Source: Rhodothermales bacterium
GTDB lineage: Bacteria; Bacteroidota; Rhodothermia; Rhodothermales; Bin80
NCBI GenBank assembly: GCA_022820435.1
Contig: JAJEFL010000126.1
Span: forward strand, 4,419-68,418
DNA length: 64,000 nucleotides
Direction of reading: 5' to 3'
Positions 9,927 through 18,303 of this stretch are shown here, one piece after another; positions within the stretch are counted from its first letter, which is position 1; each line of letters begins with the position of its first letter. A program made the position numbers and the translations under genes. The notes beneath the pieces were generated by a model. The model searched no databases. It worked only from the letters and a program-made list of their open reading frames with translations, and was not told where the DNA came from.

Positions 9927-10646
9927 TCAGGCTTTGATTGCGTGTTGATACAAGTAGTCATAGTGGGGGATACACTCACTGAGTAAGGGGCGCAAAAAAT
10001 CTGGAAATGGCCCCGGCTTATGCCGGTAGGGGGCAAAGCCGGTAGTCGTGTGAATGACGTGATACCAGTGCGGTGCCCAGATTCCATCCTCAGGGATTGG
10101 CTTTGCTTCCCAGTGGAGCATGACGGGATCAAAGCGGAGTCCAAGTTTTTGGCACAGGCTGCGGAGAATTTTTTCCGGGTTGGTCAAGACTTCGCGTGCA
10201 TCAAGAACACAGGGAGACTGCCCGCGGCGTGTGAGATCGTCAAAAACTTTCCGCTGCATGGCTAAGGCGGTATCTGCAAGTTCGGGTTCTGGAACCTGAT
10301 GAATGAGCGAGGGAAGCATCTGTTCGGGATCACGAATCAGAAACACCGTCGTCATCTGATCCAGAAATGCCCAATCCAGTTCAATCAGATGATGTCCCAT
10401 GTTTTTGACGAAAAGCACAGAACGCTCACATGCCCCCAGGAAGGTTTCCTGAATCACTTTTTTGCCGGAATGCTCCATCGTGGACAGGATCTCATCCCTG
10501 CCAGGATGCGGTGCCCCCGTGTTCCGGAGGTAGTGGGCATAAAGCGGCTCGTCCACGACACGGGTATCCGGGCGCTGGGCAAACGCATACATGAGCGCAG
10601 TGGACACATTACGGGGACCACTGCAAAGGTGAATTCGCAAGGGCAT
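9927..10646 (-). CDS. sulfotransferase-like P-loop protein (uncharacterised family)
   Basis: 239 aa. The N-terminal CSGPRNVSTALMYAF resembles a PAPS/P-loop motif. It ends 5 nt upstream of the aminotransferase on the same strand. Confidence 0.5.
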   Translation of the reverse strand: MPLRIHLCSGPRNVSTALMYAFAQRPDTRVVDEPLYAHYLRNTGAPHPGRDEILSTMEHSGKKVIQETFLGACERSVLFVKNMGHHLIELDWAFLDQMTTVFLIRDPEQMLPSLIHQVPEPELADTALAMQRKVFDDLTRRGQSPCVLDAREVLTNPEKILRSLCQKLGLRFDPVMLHWEAKPIPEDGIWAPHWYHVIHTTTGFAPYRHKPGPFPDFLRPLLSECIPHYDYLYQHAIKA

Positions 10647-10705
10647 AGCAAATTTTGTTCAGACCTGGGAGAAAGTGATGCACATCAAACAACCTGCAGT
10701 GATAG

Positions 10706-11545
10706 ATGTTGACTGCGGTTCCAGCATTTAGATCCATGGAGTCATTGGAATCGTTTTTCCGTGCGGCATTAGAAGAAGCCGGGCATCTCGCAATGCGTCA
10801 TTTTCTGCGCACATCTCACGAGATCAAGCGGGATGGTTCCCCGGTGACCGAGGCAGACAAAGCAGTTCAGGAATTTTTGATCACTGCAATTGCGCGTGAA
10901 TTCCCGCAGGATGGCATCATTGCGGAGGAAGACGATGTATTACGGAGTCCGCAAAAGGGTTCACGCTACTGGACGATTGATCCGATTGACGGCACTATTC
11001 CATTTATGGCGGGAATGGCAAGTTGGGGGATTGCCGTTGGATTCATTGAAGACGGCAGGCCGGGAGCCGGCTTTATTTATCTTCCCGCCACCAGAGATAT
11101 CTTCTACACAGCTGGGTCAAAGGTGTGGAGAAATACTGAAGCAAGAACAATGACCGGGGATCGCTCCTTGCATCGAAATACCCTGTTATTGACACATGGA
11201 CGACCGCATCAGCGCTATACGCTTCAAGAATCTTTTCCAGGCCGTGTTTTGAGTCTGGGGACCGCATCGGCGCATTTGAGCCTAGTCGCAACGGGGGGTG
11301 CGCATGTAGTCCTGATCGGCCATGATAAGATATGGGATCTGACTCCCGGCTATGCAATGCTGTTGACCAATCATGGAGTTCTGCGCTATCTGGATGGATC
11401 GGACTGCGACCTGTCTGCTCTTCTGGACGGGCGCCCTGCTCCGCTGCCGATGCTCGGAGGCCCGGCCTGTTTGGTGGAAGAAACGCTGTCACATTTGGAT
11501 TATTGGGCGATCCCCGGTTTGGCTTCTGGGCGGAGAGCGGAGTAG
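10706..11545 (+). CDS. inositol monophosphatase family protein
   Basis: WTIDPIDGT metal-binding motif and IWDLTPG. The start could instead be the downstream MESLESFF. Confidence 0.85.
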   Translation: MLTAVPAFRSMESLESFFRAALEEAGHLAMRHFLRTSHEIKRDGSPVTEADKAVQEFLITAIAREFPQDGIIAEEDDVLRSPQKGSRYWTIDPIDGTIPFMAGMASWGIAVGFIEDGRPGAGFIYLPATRDIFYTAGSKVWRNTEARTMTGDRSLHRNTLLLTHGRPHQRYTLQESFPGRVLSLGTASAHLSLVATGGAHVVLIGHDKIWDLTPGYAMLLTNHGVLRYLDGSDCDLSALLDGRPAPLPMLGGPACLVEETLSHLDYWAIPGLASGRRAE

Positions 11546-11783
11546 TCTATGAGAAGAAGGCAGATACAACGCAGCCGTGCGGCTTTTTCACAAACCGGGT
11601 GTGCGTGATAGGAATCAGTTTTGGAATTCACAGGATCCACAACGGGATCGCGGGGGTTAAGCGGCGACTGAACAGATCCTGTGGCGGGGGAGACGGGTGC
11701 CTGTATGGGATTGGTGTCAGGTGCAGGCTTTTCTGTAACATGTTCCGAACCGTTTCCCGCCAAAGATGCGGTCCCCCAATCCG

Positions 11784-13298
11784 CTACATGAATTCGTCCA
11801 CTCGAACCCGGCGTGCATTCTGCCCCGCATGGGCAAGTACGCCGTCCGCAATACTGCGCTGGTTACTCATGCGGGGAACTTTGGTCTGGCTGCGGATCTG
11901 CCCCCTGCTGGTTTTTAGCCATGCGTTGAAGGTGCCGTCAGGAACCAGTACAATTTCGGGCGGGCCGAACGCTTTTCCTTCGCGCCGGATCTGATAATGC
12001 CGGTTAATATCACAAAGTACGGAATCCAGGGACCGGACAAAGGTCTCGCAGTCGCGAGGAATCCGGCTAAACTCCAATAACCATTCATGCGTTGGCATCT
12101 GCGTGCCATTGGGAGGGATGGCCGAAACATGGTATTCCCGGACAAGACTGTCCGTCAGGTCACAGGTCCGGTTGATGGCCTCACGCGCGTCTTCGCCAAA
12201 AACCGCCTCTCCGTATTTGTCAATCATCTCCGAGGTTCTGCCGGCAACCACAATCTTGTGCGGGGAGGTACTGGTAAATCGGATTACATCACCCAATAAA
12301 TAGGACCAAAGTCCGCTGCAAGTGGTCAGGACCGGCGCATATCTCACACCGGTTTCTACATCTTCAATGGTCAATCTCCTTGGATTCGCTGAATTCAATT
12401 CTTCCATGGGGATAAACTCGTAGAAGATACCGTTCTTCAGGTGCAGATGCATGGCGGGATCATTCAGGTCGGTTTGATAGGAGAAAAAACCCTCTGAAGC
12501 CCCGTAGACCTCCAGGAAATCCAGATTCGGCAATCCAATCTGTTCTTCAAGAATGGACCGGTAGGAACTCAGGGCCACCCCGCCGGAAATATATAACTGC
12601 AGGTTGGGCCACACTTCGCCAACGGTTCTCACACCGGTTCCGTTCACTTCATTGTACCGATCAATTAATAATCCAAAAACGACCAGTGCCCAGGTGGGAG
12701 CCATTGCGGCCAGACGAATATCCTGATTCATCGTTTGGTCGACAACCGAACGCAGCTTTGCATCCCAGTCAGGCGCAAAAGCGATGGAGGAGGGAACGGC
12801 CTGCAGGAAAAACCGGAAAATTCCAGGCGAAAAAAGGGTCTGTAACCCACTGATCTCCCCCACAAGCGTATTGGGAAATTTCGAGTCTTTTTCAATCGTT
12901 CCAGGAAGGGTCAGGTGCTTGCCCAAAAGCGTTTTGAGAGATCTGGAGCGCTTCCAGTACTGCAAGGTAAGTGTGACGGCAAAACTCCGGTTCAGCTGAA
13001 GCATATCCTCACTGACCGGAATGATCTTTCCCTTGGAGACGGTCCCGCTGGAAACGGCAAAATGTTTGATTCCTCCCGGCCAAATCAGATTTTCTGCCCC
13101 CGCCCGTATTTGTTCGATATACGGCTGCAGGTCATCGTAGGTGTGAATCGGGACACGGTTCTGATAGGCTTTCACGACATCTGACTCCTGAGCAATTCGC
13201 GAAAAGCCAAACCTATATCCCCATTCCGTGTTTGAAGCCCGGCGCAGTAAGCGCCGGAGTAACTTAGTTTGTATTTTGACAGGTGCGCGTTGATTCAT
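11784..13298 (-). CDS. GH3 (auxin-responsive promoter) family acyl-adenylate-forming protein
   Basis: 504 aa. The N-terminus (LLRRLLRRASNTEWGYRFGF) and overall layout match bacterial GH3-family proteins. Confidence 0.8.
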   Translation of the reverse strand: MNQRAPVKIQTKLLRRLLRRASNTEWGYRFGFSRIAQESDVVKAYQNRVPIHTYDDLQPYIEQIRAGAENLIWPGGIKHFAVSSGTVSKGKIIPVSEDMLQLNRSFAVTLTLQYWKRSRSLKTLLGKHLTLPGTIEKDSKFPNTLVGEISGLQTLFSPGIFRFFLQAVPSSIAFAPDWDAKLRSVVDQTMNQDIRLAAMAPTWALVVFGLLIDRYNEVNGTGVRTVGEVWPNLQLYISGGVALSSYRSILEEQIGLPNLDFLEVYGASEGFFSYQTDLNDPAMHLHLKNGIFYEFIPMEELNSANPRRLTIEDVETGVRYAPVLTTCSGLWSYLLGDVIRFTSTSPHKIVVAGRTSEMIDKYGEAVFGEDAREAINRTCDLTDSLVREYHVSAIPPNGTQMPTHEWLLEFSRIPRDCETFVRSLDSVLCDINRHYQIRREGKAFGPPEIVLVPDGTFNAWLKTSRGQIRSQTKVPRMSNQRSIADGVLAHAGQNARRVRVDEFM

Positions 13299-13411
13299 AG
13301 TTTAGGCGGAGACCGCAACAAACAGTAAGCAGGATTGATCTGAGTAGTTGTGTTGGCCTCCGGCCACGCGCTATAGATGATTGATTCCGCCGCGTTGAAC
13401 CACATAGAAAG

Positions 13412-14332
13412 ATGCAGGATCCACTTCACGTCACAGATCAATCCGCCAGCGGCATATCCTCCGGTCTGGTCTGCCGGGATCAGTGGCTTAACTTGAGCAG
13501 TGGTGCAGTAGTGATGGGGATCCTGAATGTGACCCCGGATTCTTTTTATGACGGGGGCAAATATGCCAATACCGATGCGGCACTGCGTCGTGCAGAGGTT
13601 ATGTTAGAGGAAGGGGCGGCCATTATTGATGTTGGCGGCGCATCCTCGCGCCCGCGCGGAAGCGTCTATGGCGCAGGTGCAGCGCCGGTCTCGGATGAAT
13701 GTGAGATGGAACGCGCGGTCCCTGTGATCCAGGCCATCCGGCAGTCATTTCCTGAGGCGATCATTTCGGCAGATACATTCAGCCCTGCCGTCGCATTGGC
13801 AGCGCTGGATGCCGGAGCACACATGATCAATGATATTTCCGGTTTGCAGAATGGATCTGCTTCCGCAATGTATGCAGGTGCGGTGGGGGCCGCATATGTG
13901 GTCATGCATTCGGTTTATGATCAAGGCAGCCTCCTTCATACGGCAGACTACAGTGATGTCGCGGCTGCCGTGTGTAACATGCTGGCGGAGTCGGCAGAGC
14001 GGGCTCAGTCGGCCGGCGTCCAGAGTGTGATTATAGATCCAGGGTTCGGTTTCGGGAAACGGCATCAGGATAATCTGTGTTTGATTCATCGCCTTGATTT
14101 ACTCACGGAATTGCGGTATCCTGTACTGGTGGGAATTTCCCGCAAGAGTACGGTGGGTCAGATTTTAAGTCAGAATGCTGCACCGGTGCCTGTCCGTGAC
14201 CGCTTGTTCGGATCTCTGGGGATGGCCGCCGCCGCGGTGCTCCGGGGGGCGAAGATTATCCGAACGCATGATGTCCGTGAAACCCGCGAAATGATTCAGG
14301 GCCTGGAAGCAGTTTTACACGTCTCATCATGA
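13412..14332 (+). CDS. folP: dihydropteroate synthase
   Basis: MGILNVTPDSFYDGG, IIDVGGASSRP, INDISG and DPGFGFGK motifs. Confidence 0.9.
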   Translation: MQDPLHVTDQSASGISSGLVCRDQWLNLSSGAVVMGILNVTPDSFYDGGKYANTDAALRRAEVMLEEGAAIIDVGGASSRPRGSVYGAGAAPVSDECEMERAVPVIQAIRQSFPEAIISADTFSPAVALAALDAGAHMINDISGLQNGSASAMYAGAVGAAYVVMHSVYDQGSLLHTADYSDVAAAVCNMLAESAERAQSAGVQSVIIDPGFGFGKRHQDNLCLIHRLDLLTELRYPVLVGISRKSTVGQILSQNAAPVPVRDRLFGSLGMAAAAVLRGAKIIRTHDVRETREMIQGLEAVLHVSS

Positions 14333-15111
14333 ATCTTTTTGGCATCATTCCGGTGCGGTTGATTGACCTGTTTGAGATCCTGCTGGTTGCGCTGGTCTTC
14401 TACCGGCTCTATATCACGATGCGGGGTACGCTGGCAGTGTCGCTGTTTGGGGGACTGCTGGGCCTTCTGTTTATTCAGTTTCTGGTTCAGGTGACCGACA
14501 TGAAGGTGTTGCAGTTCATGTTTTCGGCGCTCAGCGACATCTACGTGCTGGCCGTGATCATTGTCTTTCAGCCGGAGATTCGGCGGGTCCTCATTTTTCT
14601 AGGACAAACTCCGCTTTTGCGCCGGCTCCTTGCACCGGTGGGAAACAGGCAGGTGATCCATGAAATCGTTGCCGCAATCGACACGATGAGTCAGCAGCGG
14701 ATGGGGGCTTTGATTGCATTCAAGCGGACGAATGGACTGCGGAGTTATGTGGAAACGGGCGAGTCCTTACAGGCGGTAATCAGCCGAAACCTTTTGGTGT
14801 CTATTTTTCATACGAGCAGTCCGCTGCATGATGGTGCTGTGATTATTTCAGATAACCGTATTGAGGCCGTACGCTGCATCCTGCCTGTTTCCCGCAGTAA
14901 GCGTCTGGGAATGCAGTTCGGAACCAGACACCGGGCGGCGGTTGGACTCACCGAAGAGACCGATGCATTTGTCGTCGTGGTGTCCGAGGAAACGGGAAAA
15001 ATTTCCGTTGCAGAGCAGGGAGTGATGGTTTCCGGACTCACCGTAGAGGAACTGAAAAGTCAATTGTCCGAGGCGATGAGTACAAGGTCATCTCCAGGTG
15101 GACTGGGTTAA
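14329..15111 (+). CDS. cdaA: diadenylate cyclase (c-di-AMP synthase), membrane-anchored
   Basis: Three N-terminal TM segments, then a DAC domain with DGAVII and GTRHRAAVGLTEETDAFVVVVSEETGKISV. ATGA overlap with folP. Confidence 0.9.
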   Translation: MNLFGIIPVRLIDLFEILLVALVFYRLYITMRGTLAVSLFGGLLGLLFIQFLVQVTDMKVLQFMFSALSDIYVLAVIIVFQPEIRRVLIFLGQTPLLRRLLAPVGNRQVIHEIVAAIDTMSQQRMGALIAFKRTNGLRSYVETGESLQAVISRNLLVSIFHTSSPLHDGAVIISDNRIEAVRCILPVSRSKRLGMQFGTRHRAAVGLTEETDAFVVVVSEETGKISVAEQGVMVSGLTVEELKSQLSEAMSTRSSPGGLG

Positions 15112-15128
15112 TCAGCAAAAAAATCAAT

Positions 15129-15785
15129 ATGGCGAATTCAGGCGGAGTTTATACCCGAAGGAGGGCACAGCTGGTCGAGATCGTTCGTGCCAGGGGGATC
15201 ACCGACGAGCGTGTCCTGGAGGCCATTGGGCGCGTCAAACGGGAATGTTTTATTGAGCAGGGGCTGCAGCACCGTGCCTATGAGGATCGTCCATTGCCCA
15301 TCGGTTTGCGACAGACGATTTCTCAACCCTCAACGGTTGCATTTCAGACAATGCTGCTGGATACAAAGCCGGGAGATTCGATTTTGGAGATTGGCACCGG
15401 CAGTGGCTATCAGGCGGCGATACTTTGTGCAATGGGGGTTAAGGTCTATTCTATTGAGCGGCATCGAGAATTGCATGAACGGGCAAAATCAGTATTGGAA
15501 GAACTGAATTACCGGGCCTTACTGCGTGTAGGAGATGGAACGAAAGGATGGCCGAGCCTTGCCCCATTTGACGGAATTATTGTGACGGCCGGCACAATGA
15601 AAATTCCACAGATGCTCCTAGATCAACTCCAGCAGCCCGATGGGACCAGGCAGGGCGGGCGGCTGGTTGTGCCGGTGGGGGACCGGTATGCGCAGCAGAT
15701 GACCAGGGTGGTCCGGACTGGCCCGGATTCGTATGAATCCAGTAAGAGCGGAGCATTTTCGTTTGTTCCGCTGGTAAGCGGCTAA
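15129..15785 (+). CDS. pcm: protein-L-isoaspartate O-methyltransferase
   Basis: QTISQPSTVA and ILEIGTGSGYQAA motifs; 218 aa. Confidence 0.9.
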   Translation: MANSGGVYTRRRAQLVEIVRARGITDERVLEAIGRVKRECFIEQGLQHRAYEDRPLPIGLRQTISQPSTVAFQTMLLDTKPGDSILEIGTGSGYQAAILCAMGVKVYSIERHRELHERAKSVLEELNYRALLRVGDGTKGWPSLAPFDGIIVTAGTMKIPQMLLDQLQQPDGTRQGGRLVVPVGDRYAQQMTRVVRTGPDSYESSKSGAFSFVPLVSG

Positions 15786-17047
15786 GTGACCACCATATCC
15801 GCCGGTCCCTGATATGCCTTGACCAGTGCGCGTTTGGCATCGTCCCGGAGATGATCTGCGGTCTGATGCTTGTCGGCCATCACAACCGCCCCAATGAAGG
15901 CTCCTCCAGTGAGTAAGCCTCCCTGCCGGGCAATCTCATTTTGAACCGTCTGCTGCCAGACTTCCAGTCCATCCTGACTGCAATCCTTAAACACACCAAA
16001 GAGAAGTTCGCCGAATTTGACCACGCGGCTGTCTGGATCCGCACGCATTAAGCATTCGGAGAATGTTTTTTCGATGTCATCCAGTAAATCTGCGTACATT
16101 CGGGTAAGGGGCTCCGATCTTTGAGGAATCACAAGGGCGAGTGCAAGATCTTTTTTCTCGGATCGTGCCGTCATCATTTCTTCGTAAATGATCTCATAGC
16201 GGGGACGATTTGGATCGTCCCTGTAGAACAGCAGACTCAGTGTTTGGCCAAAATTTTCGAGTAATTCTTTTGCACGGGGATGGAAGAGTCCATTCTTGTG
16301 GATGGTATCAACAAGCAGCAATTTACCCGTCAGCCCGATACGGGTCACCCCGATGGCGGTAATACTTGCCGGCTTTCGGCTGTAGGTGAGGTGATTGGAT
16401 TGCAGGCCTTTGGAACCGACCGGGTGAATTGCCGTGGTTTCAGATTCAGCCAGAAGATCATACTTCAGAACAAAGGATTCCCCGCGTGACCGAATCCAGT
16501 CAAAGCCTGCAGTCCCGCAAACTTCATACTTAGAGTCCTTCGAAACAGCATGAATAATTCCGACTGCATGTGCGTCAAGTGCGGCACGAAAGCCCTGCAA
16601 TACTGGAATCAGCGTGTGCTTGTCAAGTGGATCACTGCTCTCAGGAAAGATGTGTGTGTCTCCAGTGTCTGGAGGGGAAGTTTCTGCAATCAGGCTCAAT
16701 TGAACGGGTTCAGATGGATCTGCAGTCGCTCCCGGAGTTCTTTGGGCCGGAAGCGATTCTTTGGTGTCAGCGGGTGGATTGTCCGAACTTACCGGTCGAA
16801 TATCCAGGATTCCCAAATCGGCTAGGGATTCTTCTTTGTTCAGATCCTGAAGCTCTGAATCTGAAGTTTTTGGCTTCGGACGACGTCCGGAAGAAGGGAC
16901 CGAAATCCACAGGATCAGCGAGATAAGGATGAGCCCGGCCATAGGGATGTATTTCCACCACTCATTCATCCCAACGGAGTTGGTCATGAGTGTGACAGCC
17001 GACGCTACGATGGCTAAAATGGTAAAGGTGATTCGCAACATACGCAA
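15782..17047 (-). CDS. membrane-anchored protein with degenerate GGDEF-like C-terminal domain
   Basis: Two N-terminal TM helices and a Pro/Ser/Asp-rich linker. The C-terminus reads VVKFGELLFGVF where a cyclase has R.GGDEF, and ends ...DDAKRALVKAYQGPADMVV. The domain call is tentative. Confidence 0.5.
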   Translation of the reverse strand: MRMLRITFTILAIVASAVTLMTNSVGMNEWWKYIPMAGLILISLILWISVPSSGRRPKPKTSDSELQDLNKEESLADLGILDIRPVSSDNPPADTKESLPAQRTPGATADPSEPVQLSLIAETSPPDTGDTHIFPESSDPLDKHTLIPVLQGFRAALDAHAVGIIHAVSKDSKYEVCGTAGFDWIRSRGESFVLKYDLLAESETTAIHPVGSKGLQSNHLTYSRKPASITAIGVTRIGLTGKLLLVDTIHKNGLFHPRAKELLENFGQTLSLLFYRDDPNRPRYEIIYEEMMTARSEKKDLALALVIPQRSEPLTRMYADLLDDIEKTFSECLMRADPDSRVVKFGELLFGVFKDCSQDGLEVWQQTVQNEIARQGGLLTGGAFIGAVVMADKHQTADHLRDDAKRALVKAYQGPADMVVT

Positions 17048-17210
17048 TCGTTAGAATAACATGTTACAGGATGATGAATGCCAAAGACAGCATCAAAAAT
17101 ACAAAGCGCTGAGCAGATTGCTTCATTTCAGACAGGATAACTTCCGTAAGATACAATGCAGAATATTTTTTCATCCATACTGGAACGGATATGGATGCTG
17201 TTGGATGCGG

Positions 17211-17600
17211 TTATTGGATGGCCAGCGAATCAGGCAGATCATTTCGTTGTGGATTGGGGTTCAGCAGCGGGCCGGTCAGCGGGAGGTCAAAGCTGGTCAG
17301 AAAATGTGCAAGCGTTGAGAACCAGAATTCCTGCTGAAATTCAATCCATTCTTCCTCATAAGACAGGTCTGCCATTTTATGTCCCTCAATATCAAGGTAG
17401 AAACACCTCGGCCAGTCGGGGAATCTGGCCTGAGCATTTTTGACCATCCGGAATGCTTCCTGTGCCGCTTCAGCAAAGCTCATCTCCTGCGCCACAATCA
17501 TGTAGACCGAGACCGTGTTGTCAAAGTTCATTTGGATCCCGGGAGATTTCGGCTTGTCGTGTTCCGGAATGAATGGAGGTTGAGTCAGGTTATGCTCCAT
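17211..17600 (-). CDS. hypothetical protein (129 aa)
   Basis: Only a clean ORF with non-repetitive composition, next to the tRNA pair. No recognisable motif. Confidence 0.4.
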   Translation of the reverse strand: MEHNLTQPPFIPEHDKPKSPGIQMNFDNTVSVYMIVAQEMSFAEAAQEAFRMVKNAQARFPDWPRCFYLDIEGHKMADLSYEEEWIEFQQEFWFSTLAHFLTSFDLPLTGPLLNPNPQRNDLPDSLAIQ

Positions 17601-17752
17601 GATTACAGAGAATCGTTACGGGGCGGGATGTACAGGATGGTTTGTACATCAGTCCATGGACGGAGAATTCAAGTGAGGGAAGGTTGATATCTGATGCTAA
17701 CGGTCTGGATGAATCGGTTCTTTCACACTTACATCGAAAAAACTGATCCAGT

Positions 17753-17839
17753 TGGTGCCCGGGACTGGAATCGAACCAGCACGCCCGTAAGGGCACTGCC
17801 CCCTCAAGACAGCGCGTCTACCTATTCCGCCACCCGGGC
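17753..17839 (-). tRNA. tRNA-Leu(GAG), type II, CCA encoded
   Basis: Hand fold: GCCCGGG/CCCGGGC acceptor, GCG/CGC D stem, CTGTC/GGCAG anticodon stem with loop TTGAGGG, GCCC-TTAC-GGGC long variable arm, GCTGG/CCAGT T stem with TTCGATT loop, then ACCA. Confidence 0.9.
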
Positions 17840-17842
17840 TGA

Positions 17843-18245
17843 TGGTGATCCCGCCAGGGCTCGAACCTGGGACCCTCTGATTAACCTACCACACCGGCTT
17901 TCACCGGCCATCAATACGCATGTTGTGGTCTGGACCATCTCTTCACCCTTCCATATAAGGGGTGGGGTGGGCTGCGTATGGCCTCTGAGGGCTCTCTTGA
18001 ATCCGCACGATGCGGAACAGGGCGCAGGATGATTCCCTGTGACCCGGCACGGTCAAAGGAAAATGACTGGATTGCCCAATTCAAGGTTGCCTGCTGATTA
18101 CCCATCTATCCGCCGCATTTTTACGTGTGACGACGTATCGACGGCTTTAGGGCGTTCCAGCATACAGCAGCCTCCACTCACACAGTTTCCTGTATAAGGC
18201 TCCATGACTTAAAGTCAGATGCTCTTCCAACTGAGCTACGGGATC
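17843..18245 (-). tRNA. tRNA-Lys(UUU), split gene (5' exon 18245..18212, 3' exon 17884..17843), CCA encoded
   Basis: The joined exons give a perfect 76-nt cloverleaf: GATCCCG/CGGGATC acceptor, GCTC/GAGC D stem, TCTGA/TCAGA anticodon stem with loop CTTTTAA, GGGTC variable loop, and CCAGG/CCTGG T stem with TTCGAGC loop. Confidence 0.85.
17885..18211 (-). ncRNA. group I intron (IC3-like, ORF-less) in the anticodon loop of tRNA-Lys
   Basis: The insert follows U34 and ends in G. A hand fold gives P1-P9 in canonical order, with a bulged-A P7 and an S-like AAGAGAUGGUCC element (details in findings). Blocks GAGCCUU..GGAAAC and UGGGCAAUCC match the trnL(UAA) intron. Confidence 0.7.
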
Positions 18246-18303
18246 AGAATGTAGAGAACTGGCGGCCTGCCAATCTACGGCAAATCTTCCGAACAGGTGT
18301 CCT

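Noticed and set aside
11332-11994. 220-aa plus-strand ORF bridging the IMPase and GH3 genes, and similar long antisense ORFs (e.g. 21668-22201, 34298-34747, 62510-62974, 63041-63589, 35905-36315).
   Set aside because: They are shadow ORFs overlapping strongly supported genes on the other strand or frame. They have skewed composition and no motifs.
17911-18105. 64-aa ORF on the sense strand inside the intron, considered as a possible homing endonuclease.
   Set aside because: It has no LAGLIDADG, GIY-YIG, HNH or His-Cys box motif. It is too short, and it overlaps the paired core elements P6-P8.
17843-18245. Alternative readings of the split tRNA: a tmRNA, or tRNA halves created by integration of a mobile element (att duplication).
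   Set aside because: The 5' part has a normal D arm and the acceptor is GATCCCG, not the tmRNA type. The two halves are complementary parts of one tRNA rather than duplicated 3' ends. The 327-nt insert has no integrase or other gene and folds as a group I core.
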